Assembly (NCBI GenBank): GCA_002633005.1
Contig: NMRA01000137.1
Span: forward strand, 186,001-250,000
From: Phoronis australis
Lineage: Eukaryota > Animalia > Phoronida
Direction of reading: 5' to 3'
Length of the DNA stretch: 64,000 nucleotides
The position numbers were made by a program, and so were the translations under genes. The notes below the pieces were generated by a model that was not told where the DNA came from, did not search any database, and saw nothing but the letters and a program-made list of their open reading frames with translations. The first letter of the stretch is position 1, and each line of letters starts with the position of its first letter. Below are positions 1 to 12,400 of the stretch, piece after piece.

Positions 1-71
1 GATATTTTTTGTGACTTTGTCACAGAATAGCTTTGTGTCCCCACCCGTGTTTTAAGTTTTTGCACACCTAG

Positions 72-133
72 GTGATCTTCAAAACAGACAAGCGACTGCA
101 CCAGTCATAAATTTGTTATCGTGCAAAGTTGAG
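72..133 (+). CDS. EEA1: Probable upstream EEA1 exon (DLQNRQATAPVINLLSCKVE)
   Basis: ctag acceptor and GAG|gtatgt donor; open frame ending in phase 0, compatible with exon 3347. No recognisable homology. Confidence 0.5.
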
Positions 134-760
134 GTATGTTATATACTGTACATTCTTGTTTGTAGATGTGATGTTTCAGACAATAAACCTGCTTTATTAA
201 ACATGCAAATCTCATGAATTCCCTTTATTACGGTTTTTGAGTGTCAGCTATAATGTTCTCATGTGCGAAAACAGATAAAAACAAATGGAGTCCAGTTTGA
301 AAGTTTATAGAATTATTTACACCTAGGCTATGTAAGGTAAAGATAATTATGTATATGGTAAAGATCTCCATTAAATTCTGAACAACTTTTGTGCAGACCA
401 CTTTTATGTGAAGCTGATATTACCCCTTCAAATTTCCAATTTAAAAATGTTAGGTCATTAATCTGAGTGACCGTCTTAACAGCCCAGTGCAGAGCAGCAG
501 TGGTGACCTACTTAGCTCAGCACACAGGGAAAGTCGTGTGATAAGGGTTAAAGAAAGTCATTTTTGCAAACACTTTAAGTCTTGCCAGCATGCCATCTGT
601 TGGCCACATCACTTGACCTAATGAATAAGCCAGTTATTGTCAGGAATTGTCAAAAAATTATTCATTTACCATTAAACCCAGTGTAATGTAACTTGCACGA
701 TATCATGATTTATTGTTACATTCCACAATGTCATTAAAAATCAGCAAAACTTAAGGCGAT

Positions 761-2228
761 TTTTATGCGCCCACATATTTATATGTGGACGCATTATGCC
801 GTCATCTCTGTCCGTCCGTCCGGCCGTCCGTCCGTCCGGGCGGCGTCCGGCGTCCGCTGCTCTATCTCCGAAACCCTTTGACATATGTTCATGAAATTTG
901 GCACATATGTTCCATTCATGAATGGGACAGCATGTGCGAACTTTCGGACGGATCCGACTACCGGTGTGCCCCCTAGTGGCAATTTTAGTTTTTTACGCTT
1001 ACCTTTGTATCTTCAAAAGTCCTGAACGGATTTTCATGAAATTTGGTATATAGGCACCTATTAGTGAGATGACGCTATCCTGCCGTTTTCAGATGGATTC
1101 GACATAGTTTGCGCCACCTAGTGGCCATTTTTAGTGTTTTTGAGTCTGTTTTTGTGCGTCCACCCCTCTATCAACCAAACCGCTCAAAGGATGATTGTGA
1201 AAATTGGCATGTATATGCTTACTATGTAGAGGACGGTTGACGATGATTTTCTGACGATTTCGAGTACTGTGGCGCCTCCTAGTGGCAGTTTTGTTTTTTT
1301 TGAGCCTATGGCTGTATCTCCTAAACCTTTCGCGGACGGATCCGACTACTGGTGTGCCCCCTAGTGGCAATTTTAGTTTTGTACGCTTACCTTTGTATCT
1401 TCAAAAGTCCTGAACGGATTTTCATGAAATTTGGTATGTAGGCACCTATTAGTGAGATGACGCTATCTTCCCGTTTTCATATAGATTCGACATAGTTTGC
1501 GCCACATAGTGAGTCTGTATTTTTGCGTCCACCCCTCTATCAATCAAACCGCTCAAAGGATGATTGTGAAAATTGCTGTGTATGTGCTTACTATAAGGAA
1601 GACAGCTGACAATGATTTTCAGACGATTTGGACTACTGTGGCGCCTCCTAGTGGCAGTTTTGTTTTTTTTTTGCGCCCATTGCTGTATCTCCCAAACCGT
1701 TTGCAGGATCTTTACTAAATTTACGTAGCACGTGTATTTATGTGATATTGACAACGGACGATGACTACTTTAGGATGATTCTGACTATCGGTATGCCTCT
1801 AGTGGCAATTTTAGTATTTGCCTCTAGTGGCAATTTTAGTATTTTACATTGACCTCTGTATTTTCATAGGTCTTCAGGTGTATACTTTGTGTTACTTTGT
1901 GACTATGAAGGAAAAGTTCCAAGTAGAAATTTGTTTCTGGCATTCTAATGCTGTTCTAATCTCGTATGTTGGTAAATTTGTTTTTAATTCTATGTTTCTG
2001 TGGTGCTTAAAGCAACTGGTGTATAGGATGTGCTTGTATTATGAAGATTACTCACATTTTGCCCCTAGCCTATTGAGGAGACAATGACCATGCCTTTCCA
2101 TTTTGCTAAGTACAGCATACTACATATATGCCCTCTACTGGCCACTTTATGGTACCACTAAACAACCCTAGAGGGATACCGTATGCGGTGCAATTGTGGG
2201 CGCATTTCAACGCTCTGCGTTGCTCTTG
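761..2228 (+). mobile_element. Helentron-associated (HINE/DINE-1-like) non-autonomous element
   Basis: T-run, subTIR ATGCGCCCACA (765-775) with inverted partner at 784-794, (CCGT)n microsatellite, about 390-bp internal tandem units, 3' subTIR TGTGGGCGCAT (2195-2205), hairpin CAACGC-tct-GCGTTG, T-run. Confidence 0.7.
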
Positions 2229-2453
2229 TTTTTCAAGTTAGACTTTCTTATTTTGTCTCAAAGTGGACGGAACAGTTCTGCACTTTTTTATATCCACTTA
2301 AGGCCATAAAAATGGTATACCTTACCCTAAACATGCATTTCCCTTATTAGCTGTTCAATTTTTACCATGCGGAATATTCTGCAGTGACTGCAGAATATTT
2401 CCCAAATTTTTGCGGAATGTTCCGCAGCCACTGTGGAATATTGTGGAATATTA

Positions 2454-2586
2454 TGCACTTGCAGAGTACTGTGCAAGTTTTGATGAATACTGTGCACTTG
2501 CAGAGTACTGTGCAAGTTTTGATGAATACTGTGCACTTGCAGAGTACTGTGCAAGTTTTGATGAATACTGTGCACTTGCAGAGTAT
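2454..2586. repeat. 39-bp tandem repeat, about 3.4 copies
   Basis: tgcacttgcagagtactgtgcaagttttgatgaatactg repeated. Confidence 0.9.
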
Positions 2587-3346
2587 TTATTATGCATATT
2601 TTGTGGAATTTCGGAGTAAATTGAACCAGTAGAAGTTTTACAATTGATGAAAATGAGTTTTGGGCTTGGAATTTTCATCATTTAAGAAGATTCCACTGTT
2701 TTGGTTTCGATTTCCTCTTATTTGATTACAGTTTCATCTTTCTTGTCTCTTTTTTATCATTATTTTGACTATATTCATGTAAAAAAGGTTTATTTTCAGT
2801 TAAATTGTAAAACTAAACAAAAACGTTTTATTATCACACGCTGGAACCCAATTAATGGCATTTCCCACTTATTATCATAATTTATGTCAAAACCAATGGT
2901 ATGACATTGAGCGGGCTCCACTATGATGTGAAATTTTGGGAAATTAATTTGCTCGTTTCTAAACAGTGGCTGGGCTTCGAAAAAATTGAAGTTACTCTAG
3001 GTGATTGCTGTTGTCGATACTTCATGATTGCTTTGGGCCAAATAGCGACTTTGTTTTGATGAAAAACATTCAATGTCTTAGAGACCCAACATTGTAGGTG
3101 GTAACATGCTTGAAATATTTTGAATTTTAAGTAGAGTTTCTGAGCATTAAACGTTGTAGATAGGCTCTGGATCAATTCTTAGTTGTTGATTATTTGTTTT
3201 TATCATTGATTGACCTAAAAATGTTTGTCAAGATGATTTCACATTCGTGTCGGCTTTCTTATATATTTGCTACAACTGGATAAATTGGTAACAAGTTGAA
3301 TGTTGCAGTCAATGGAAACTTGTACTTTAAATATCTTTCTCACCAG

Positions 3347-3475
3347 GTTTCTTTAGATTTAACTCATAAGACAGACCAGTATGCCAGTCTTGAGGCTTCT
3401 TTGAGAGAAGAGAAAGAGCAGTGTCGTCAGAGTCAGATGAAGTGTGCCTCTCTAGATACTGAACTGGCAACAAAG
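3347..3475 (+). CDS. EEA1: EEA1 coiled-coil exon
   Basis: cag|GTT...AAG|gtgtg, 43 codons, VSLDLTHK...ELATK. Confidence 0.85.
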
Positions 3476-6400
3476 GTGTGTTGAATGTACTAGTATTAAG
3501 ATTGGACATCTTGCTTTTCCACGTTTATTAATGAGACACCTCTATCTTACTCTCCCAACACATTGGAAACCCAGACTTCTCTTATCTCAAGCGTTTACGA
3601 GAGTCTCCCGCAGTTGCCTTCGACCTCGTGCTCTTATATATTTTCAAGCAGAATTTCTTCAGTTGATGGTTTTAATGCGTTATTTTTTCAAAACAAGCTT
3701 GCAAGTCAACATGTACGAACACAAGTACAGGTGCTTGCTGTCGTGTAAGCTCGACGCTGCCTTTTGGTAAATAACTGAAGACTGTATCTCACTTCTTGGA
3801 AGATATTATTTAATTAACTCTAAAATATTTCTGTGAACTTTCATCTGTCTTCAAACAGGAGAATTTTTGTCAAATATAGTGTTCACCTGAGTGAGCCAAT
3901 CAGTGACGAGCTTTCATAGTGATGCGAAGCAAGAGGTCTGATATCAGAGCAGACCAAGTGATATATGGTATCAGAGTAGACCAAGTGTTACATGATATCA
4001 GAGCAGACCAAGTGGTATGTGATATCAGAGCAGACCAAGTTATATGTGATATCAGAGCAGACCAAGTGATATATGTTAGCAAAGCAAACTATGTGGTATA
4101 TGATATCAGAGCAGACCAAGTGGTATGTGATATCACAGTAGACCAAGTGGTATATGATTTAAGAGTAGACCAAGTTGTATATAATATCACAGCAGATCAA
4201 GTGGTATGTGATATAGAGCAGACCAAGTGGTATGTGATATCAGAGCAGACCAAGTGGTGTATGATATCAGAGCAGACCAAGTGGTGTATGATATCAGAGC
4301 AGACCAAGTGGTATATGATATCAGAGTAGACCAAGTGTTACATGATATCAGAGCAGACCAAGTGGTATGTGATTTAAGAGTAGACCAAGTTGTATATAAT
4401 ATCACAGCAGATCAAGTGGTATGTGATATAGAGCAGACCAAGTGGTGTATGATATCAGAGCAGACCAAGTGGTATATGATATCAGAGCAGACCCAGTGGT
4501 ATATGGTATAAATTGATGTTTGAAAGGGTTTACACCTTGTTTAGACATCTTGACTGTTGTTTGAAATACTGTGAGCCATGTTTGAAAGATTGATCCATTT
4601 TTGAAAAATCTGACTTTTCCTGTTTCACACGGCAATTTTTACCAACAAAAGGCTTAGACCGTGACTGTGCTAATATGTCACCAGTTTTGGACAAGAATAA
4701 TTAGCCAGAATTGCAGTTATTTCATTTTCAAGGGATTCTAGTGTTGTGAATGCCCACAATTTTTTTCAAAATACTTCTGTTGCAGTCCTGGTCCATAACT
4801 TAGATATTGACGAAGCATAAGTCTGGTACTACATATCATTTATGAAGAAATGCGAAAAATTAATATAATTTCCCCTCTTTGCCATTCTGTGTCATAAACT
4901 GGTGAGATTTTTCCGTCCATCGGTTTGGAGGAGAAACTGTGTGAGTGTGAAAAAAGTGGTTGACATGGGAACATGGATTAGAGTGGCTTCAAGCTTTGTT
5001 AGAAAAATACCGTTGTTCATTTTAGACTACTGTGGTCCAGAACTTGGAAGCGTCACTGTCCTCTACGAGGAAGGAGCTTGAGAATAAGCTGGAAGCTGCA
5101 CAAAAGTCTCTACAAGACAAACAAATAGAGTTAACCAAGGTATAGTTGAAGGGAATTGTAGGCGTGGTGTATTTCAATGTCTCTTTATTGTTGTAGCATC
5201 ACATTTGCATGCCATTGAAAGTGGGTGTTGTTCGAGTGTGCCCATACATAAATTATGTATATGTAAGGTCTCATATTGTTGTAGTGATGTCCAGATGTAT
5301 GCTCAATGTCTCATTAAAACCCTGATCAGATTTTGGTGAAATTTGGCACAAGGGTGTTAGGGCATGGCTTTTTCAGTATTTTTTGGGATCATGATAATTT
5401 CCGGATGATAACTAGAGAACTGACTGACCAATTTCAGTGAAACTCGACAGAACTGTATATGATGTCAATGTGCCGGCAGCATTTGATATTCGGGTAGATT
5501 CAACAAGTGGTTCACCTCTTAGTGGCCATTTTGAAACTTGGCTCAGAGGTATGTGATGTCAATGCACTGGCATTATTAAATTTTCTGGTGGTTTTGACCA
5601 CTGCAGCACTTCCTAGTGGTCGTTTTGGGGAAGAGCATTTCCTGATGATATCTAGAGAACCGATTGACTGATTTTAATTAAACACGATACTGAGGTACGT
5701 GATGACAAGGTCCTGGCACCATTAAATTTTCAGGCTGCGTTTCTGGATGACATCTTAAGAATTAACGATTTCAATGAAACTTGACACAGAGATATATCAT
5801 GTCAGTGCCAGTGGAAGTACCATGTGATTTTCGGGCGCATTCGACCTCTACATCACCTTCAAAAAACCACTTCTGGGAAAAATGTTTCCAAATGATATCT
5901 TGAGAAGTGATTGATGGATTTCAATGAAACTTGACACTGAGGTTATGACATCAATGTACGGGCACCATTAAATTTTCGGGTGAATTCGAATACCACTGAC
6001 AGCATCTCCTTAGCCATTTTGTTCTTGACAAGGCGCTTTTTTAAGCATTGTCATGTAACATGTTAACTAAAATGTAAAGTGCTTCCTGACATTAAATGGA
6101 GCATATGTAGTGAATTTGATAGAGTGTTGTGTATTTTTCTAAATATTTTGCTAAATGCAGAGACATGTTGGTAAGGTCCTTCATAACCTTAAGTCTTGTA
6201 TTTCGACGTGGATGTCCACCATTCTGAATCTGGCTCGAGTTTGACGTGCTTTGAGCCTGCGCTTAAAACACAAGCAGATAATGCTGTGAGGTACAAGAAT
6301 CAAAACATCACTGAAGCCACAAAGTATTGCAGCAAAATGTAAAGTCTGTAATTATTTAGAGCGATGTCTGCCTGCTCATTATATAAAAGGTTTCAGTCTG

Positions 6401-9400
6401 GGTATGAAAAATTGTTATCAATGTCAGATGAATCAAACAATTGTTGTTTTGGTTGTGGTAACAATGACTTGTTCCTGGAAAAGTTATCTGGAACATTTGC
6501 ACTTAGTCTACCTTCAGAAGTAAACTTGTTTCAAATATTGTGTTTTGCTGTGTCAAGTTGTTCCAGATCAACTTGCGTTTACACTGTCTGGCACTTGTAC
6601 CACGAACACTAGTATCCTAACCAACTTGCTCTCAACGTATGTGTAAGGAATGTTAGGAAACCAAATAAATGACTGATTTTTTGTAACTGGGCTTACTGAA
6701 TTAGCTTCAATATCTTCTGTAAACTTTTTCTGAAACCATGAGGGTCAGCCCTCTCAGCGAGCGAATGCTTCGCTATCCCAGTTGCCCGCTGTCGCTCATG
6801 ACAAAACCGTCCTAACAATAGCCCTATAGTGAGCCAGCCAACCACACAAATCGCTTGTGCAGTATTACGTAAGCATTAACTAGGCCTTGAGCAGACACCA
6901 GAATAGAAGTTTCAGATATTGTAACCCAAGGCGGTTGAAACCCGGTCTCCGAAACGGGTGAAATCGGAAGCTAAGATTCATAAAATTTACGCTCTGTGAC
7001 GTATATGTAATCTATGAAAGACTTTCAACAAAACTGTGGTGCATTGCTATCAAACTTTGCAGCTAAATTACGACCATTTTACAGAAAATTGTGCTGAAAT
7101 TCCAGGGCGAAAACTCGCCGACTGACTGCCTCGAAATCGCCGTCTTCGATATGGCGATTTCAATGATTGAATAAAAATGGTTTTGACTCAAGCAAATTAC
7201 CTAAAATCCTCATTAAGTTTTATAAGTAGCATCTCTAAGATTTTTTAAGTTCCCGTGGAGTCTGGATTAACGGCAGGTTTAAATACAAATCTGTGCATCT
7301 ACATGTATGATCGGCAACACGGCGAGAAAAATGTCTGGACGAACAAACATGTTGTCACGTGACGTTTGTTTTGAAGTTCGTCTGCGAATAAGCGAGCGCG
7401 TGCGTGTCACCAGAGTTCATTTGCCAAAGCAGAGACCGTCTTTTGGCCAGAGGCACGCACTCTAACTAGCTAGATGTGTCTAAAGAAATTTGCACAGGCA
7501 GTAGGCCTAAACCAGAGCGTGTTTCATTCAGCACTTGCCGGTCTCGTGCTAAAAACTTTCGACATTTGTCTCGGTAAGGCCCATATTAGTCGCCGTGTAG
7601 CTGGATGCGTACGTAACTATCTGACAGTTATTTTTCGGTGTAAGGGTGTGTAAGCATTCACTGTCAGTTGTCACTTTATCGGATGTTCGGCTTAAAAACA
7701 CCAATTATGGTTAATCAAACAATACATCTCAAAAATAACGCAAACATGTTTTATAGTATTAGAAATTGTCGGAAATTAGTGCCAATATTCATTTCTTATC
7801 GATGCTATGCTACCCGTTTCATGAATGGAAAATTCCCGACTAAGGTCTTTGATGACAGGTTCATGTATGTAGCGCGCGCGCTTCCTGGCCACGTGCGTTT
7901 AACACCGAGTTATTTTTATTCATGAGACAGTCGATGTGTCTACCGAAAGGTCAGACCATAGAGTGGGACACGGTCGTCGCGAGAGAGTAGCAACGCTGTT
8001 GCGTTCTTTTTGAAGCGCTGCGTTACTTTGAAGTGTAAAGTCACGGCTAAATACAAACGTAGCAGTGCCGCTGGTGGTCTAGAAGACCCGTGCAAAACTT
8101 TTTTGATAAATTGAAGACGTTACTGTAGCCGAGTTTTAGGACTGTAGGTACGTCATTGTTCCCGTGTACACGTTCATGGACTGGGCGCTTATTTCAGCAA
8201 AGTCTGAAAACGCGTGGGGGGCGCTTATATAGGGGCATGGGCGGTTATTACGGCGAATACGGTACATACAGTCGTTGAACGGCGAAAATTGATGCCCAAC
8301 TTGCCGAGAAACGAACCTTGTCGTCACTCAGACTAAACGAAAAGTCCGAGAAAAGGAGACAGAAGTCCACTAAAAAAGATGCATACGCACAGTTCTGATA
8401 GGTGGTACCCCGTTCTTTTAGTCCTCTCGATTTTTTTGTCCACATGGACAGAAATTCGAGCCCCCCCATTTTCAAGGCTGGGCGCGCGCATGCTCGCGAT
8501 TGATTAGTCTTCTAATGGGATCAGAGAATTGTACTATCTCAGTGCACAAATGTCCTACGTATTTTAAATCAAGAGTAGCGTGAATTTGACACCAGTTACT
8601 TATTTCTGGGGAGTTTTGAGACTGCTCAGACGATGCATCATGTGGCGTACGAACTTGGAATTCAAAAACACTATCAGAATAGGTGGCCTTTGAATAGTAA
8701 AAAACTTATGACTTTTAAAAATACTGTTCTGTTTTGGCCCTAGCTATGATTATGGTATTCGTGAAACATCCTTTTACAACGAACATTTCAAATGTTTAAA
8801 CTTCCAACAGCCATCATCTCTTACTCGGGATAAGCGCGCTTCATGCTATCAGAGGGAAATGAAGTGTAATATTTATACTTGGGCCGAAGTTCTTCGAAAA
8901 CACTGCCAACTGAAATGGACATAGATATCTAAGCTTGGCCAGCTAAAGGCTGAACCTAGTGCTTTCCCTTGTGGTGTAGCTTGGTCTTTAGTAACAGGCA
9001 GAGGAATGCCTATTGTTACCCAAGCCTACAGTTTAAACATCTCCACAATAGCCCTTTATTATGAAAGTCAATGCAGGCACAATAGGGTAAGGTATACAAA
9101 ATCAGATAAGAGATAATGATCCCCTATAGCAGTTCTGAACAGGCTGACCAATATGTATTTGTACCATTTGAACATTGAGTGTAATCACTGATAACAAAGT
9201 TTAACATTTGTTGGCCCTGTATTTTTACACGACTAATTAGTCTCATTTGTTTTAAATTAAAAGATATTAATTCCTAGATTTTAGGAAAACAGTGTGCTTT
9301 TTTGTGTTGGGAATTCAGAATATTTCCTTATTGACTCGTGCTGTATTTTGTTGTCGTTCACATCTGTGTTGTTTCAGGCTACAACTGACCTGTCCCTGTT

Positions 9401-12400
9401 AGCTGACAGGCATAGCTCAGTGGAATCACAGCTGTCGTGTGTGCAAGAGGAACTGGAGAAAACTAAACAGAAATATGATCAGCTGGAGTCTGAAAATAAA
9501 CGCACGGTGAGTGAAATCGATATCAAGCTTTCTGAGTGTGTAGAAGCTGTTGAAAAAGATAGTGTTCAAGCTTTCTGAGTGTGTAGAAGCTGTTGAAAAA
9601 GATAGTGTTCAAGCCAAGGTGTTTTAATTTGTCATTAAAATCATGGCATTATTATGAGAAAGTGATGCTCTTTGACCAGCCAGATTGATGAATCTCTCCC
9701 ACAACCAAGCGATCAGTGTCCAAAACTCTCCTGACAGTTAAACCCCACTCAATGATTAAGAGTACTTTTAAGCACACTTACCTAGTAGAGTCACCATGCT
9801 TGATTTCAGCAAATGGGTGGCAAAAACTGTTATCAATAATTTACGATTCGAAACAAAAATGCAACGAATTTTTGCTGATTTATTGTTCTTGTTAATTCTA
9901 ATAATTTAATGACATCAATAATCCCTAAAACTGAGCATGTCCTGTAAGAATTTTTTCTGGGAAATGCAAGTTCAACGGAAATCAGCAAAGACACAAAACG
10001 TGTTTTCCGATATACATTGCATTTGTTTTGGTTTTGTCTGTTTTAAATGATTTTGAGTTGAATCTATAGGCAGAGTCACTGGCCGTGCAGGAGAAGTTGA
10101 AGTCTGACCTCGAGAACCAGTTGATCCAGAGTAAGGCTAGTCTAGAGGATAACACAGAGAGACTGGCTGAGTTGAAGGAGCAATATGAGAAAGTAAGGAA
10201 ATGTGTTAACTATGTTATACAGGGGCAGATCCAGGACTTTGAGTTAGGGGGGCCAGGGCAGAATATTAGGCAGGATTTTGCACGTCAGACATTAGCACCC
10301 CTGAACTGCCAAATGGAATCTGGGAGAATTCTGGGGGGGGGGCTTGGCCCCCTTGCCCTCCCTCCCCTTAAATCCGTCACTGTTATAGATAAATGTGATA
10401 CTAGATTGTTACAATAGAGCTGTCCTGAATTACACTGAGATAGAACTCACCTTATTTTGGAGGTCTGAAAGTGTGTGACCTAGTTTTGGAAATCAGGCAC
10501 ATTTTCGTGTTTGGAAGGCAAAAATTTGTACAGTTTATCAAACTTTTTCACGTCGGAGTTGCAGCCCACAGCACAGCAGTAATATTTCGTTTGTATTGAC
10601 AGGACAAATAGAGTAATGCAACCGAGAAAAACTAATGTAAAGAATCAGACAACAAAAAATAACATGTGAAACTCTAGTGACACAAAAACGAGGCAGAAAG
10701 TGTGCCTGATGGATGTTTATGGCATTGTGGGTAAATACAGCGAGTTTTGAGTGTCACAGCCCTATTTCATTCACTCCATTGCTGATGGTGAAAGCTACAT
10801 TGAATTTGTCGGCTGTTTATTCCTGCTTTGTTCATTTTGGAATATGTTGTTCATTGTATCTTCATACTGGTGTATCTTGTTATCTTGCACTTTGCTTAGT
10901 GTCCACCCCTGTTTTTATTTTTTTGTTTACTTTAGTTATTACATGCAATGGGGTGAATAGATTTGTTTCCTGTGATGTTGCAGACTAAGTCTGAGCTGAA
11001 TGAAGAGGTGGTCTCACTGAAGGAAAATGATGCAAAGTTTCGTACCAAGGTGTCCAAGGATAAAGAAGCCCTGGAAAGCCAGGTAATTAATGAAAGCTAT
11101 GTAAAAATTCATATGACATTGATGGTAGTGCCTGACCTGATTAAGCATCATCGATGGAATGTGGATGTCATTTGTCGAATGTCTTGACAAAAATAAGTAA
11201 TTATACAGACATGAATTTATGAAAAGAATACCAAACCGGTTTTGTGCTATTAACAGATTATTAAAACGACTTTCTCCTGCATATATCTGAATTTGAATAA
11301 TGCTGTAACCATCCAGAACCCTCAAAAGTTTGGAGAAAATTTTGAAAGCTCCTTACAAAAGTGTCCCAAAGTTCATCTGCCAAGAACCAATCTGTGACAC
11401 AGAGAGTGAGTTTTTAGTTCAACCGTGCTTTTACCGCACAAGTGAGATGCCAATGATGTATTAGCAGGCAACAGAACAAGGGTTGGTTGAAATGACTTGA
11501 ACAGTGTGTGGTATCCTTTTAATAGCAACAACATTTATTCCGTATAACTGTCATGAAAGTATTAGTACTGAATGTAGGTATAGGCACATGGGGCTAAATA
11601 CACGCATAAGGAGTATAATCTTGATTTGGAGACTGAAAGGAAGTCAAAAGTAAACAAGTCAACCAGGTGTACATTTCATGAAAGTGTGTTAAGACTAAGA
11701 CAGAAAGTTTGTCTTGTGCTAACACTTCACAGTTGCTGAATAAACTTGGAAGTTTTATCCAAGTAATTGTGAGCGTATACACAGTCTAGAAGTAATTGGT
11801 AGAAATTCATTCTCTCAATAACTAGCAGTTATGTGTATATTCTCAGAGACTGCGCTTTTGCTCTAGTGAGATTTAATTATCTTAAAAAAATTGTGGTGTT
11901 GAGTGAAAGACCAAATTTCGCACTTAGAAACAGACCCCGCATGTTATCTTTAAGTTGTGAATTGTATTTCTTGAAGCTTACAATTTTTCAACACATAAAA
12001 ATGTGCTCCGTGTTGAGGTGAAGTCTCTATTTTCAGCTTCACAGTGTAACTGAAGAGAAATATGGTCTGATAATTAAGACAACATCTCTAGAGGGAGAAG
12101 TTGAAACCTTAAAGTCTGTGGTAAAGGAAACTAACGAGCAGTTGGAACAAACTAGACAAGAATTTGAAAAAGAAAAGGTATTACTGAATTCCTTATCAAA
12201 GAGACGTAAAGCACTGTCGCCTAAATATCCAATTATATCTTGGATTCATTTCATGAAACTTTGTGTTCATTGATAGGTTCAAAGCTTTTCTTGAGAGCTT
12301 GTCATTTTGGATGTATTGTGCTACCCAGATAGCGTAACAAAGTAAAATTTAATCACTTCAATATCAGTTTGTCAAATGATATATAAAGTAGCCTTTTTGT

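Noticed and set aside
3939-4505. CRISPR-like appearance of the repeat array
   Set aside because: Contiguous tandem units without unique spacers; eukaryotic context; no cas genes.
2327-4635. Repetitive ORFs (e.g. [14 protein letters not shown])
   Set aside because: Translations of the 39-bp and 27-bp tandem repeats in introns; no splice or homology support.
6741-8957. Possible 2.2-kb DNA transposon (agggtcagcc...ggctgaacct)
   Set aside because: CpG-rich and repeat-like, but the TIR is short and imperfect, with no TSD and no coding remnant seen.
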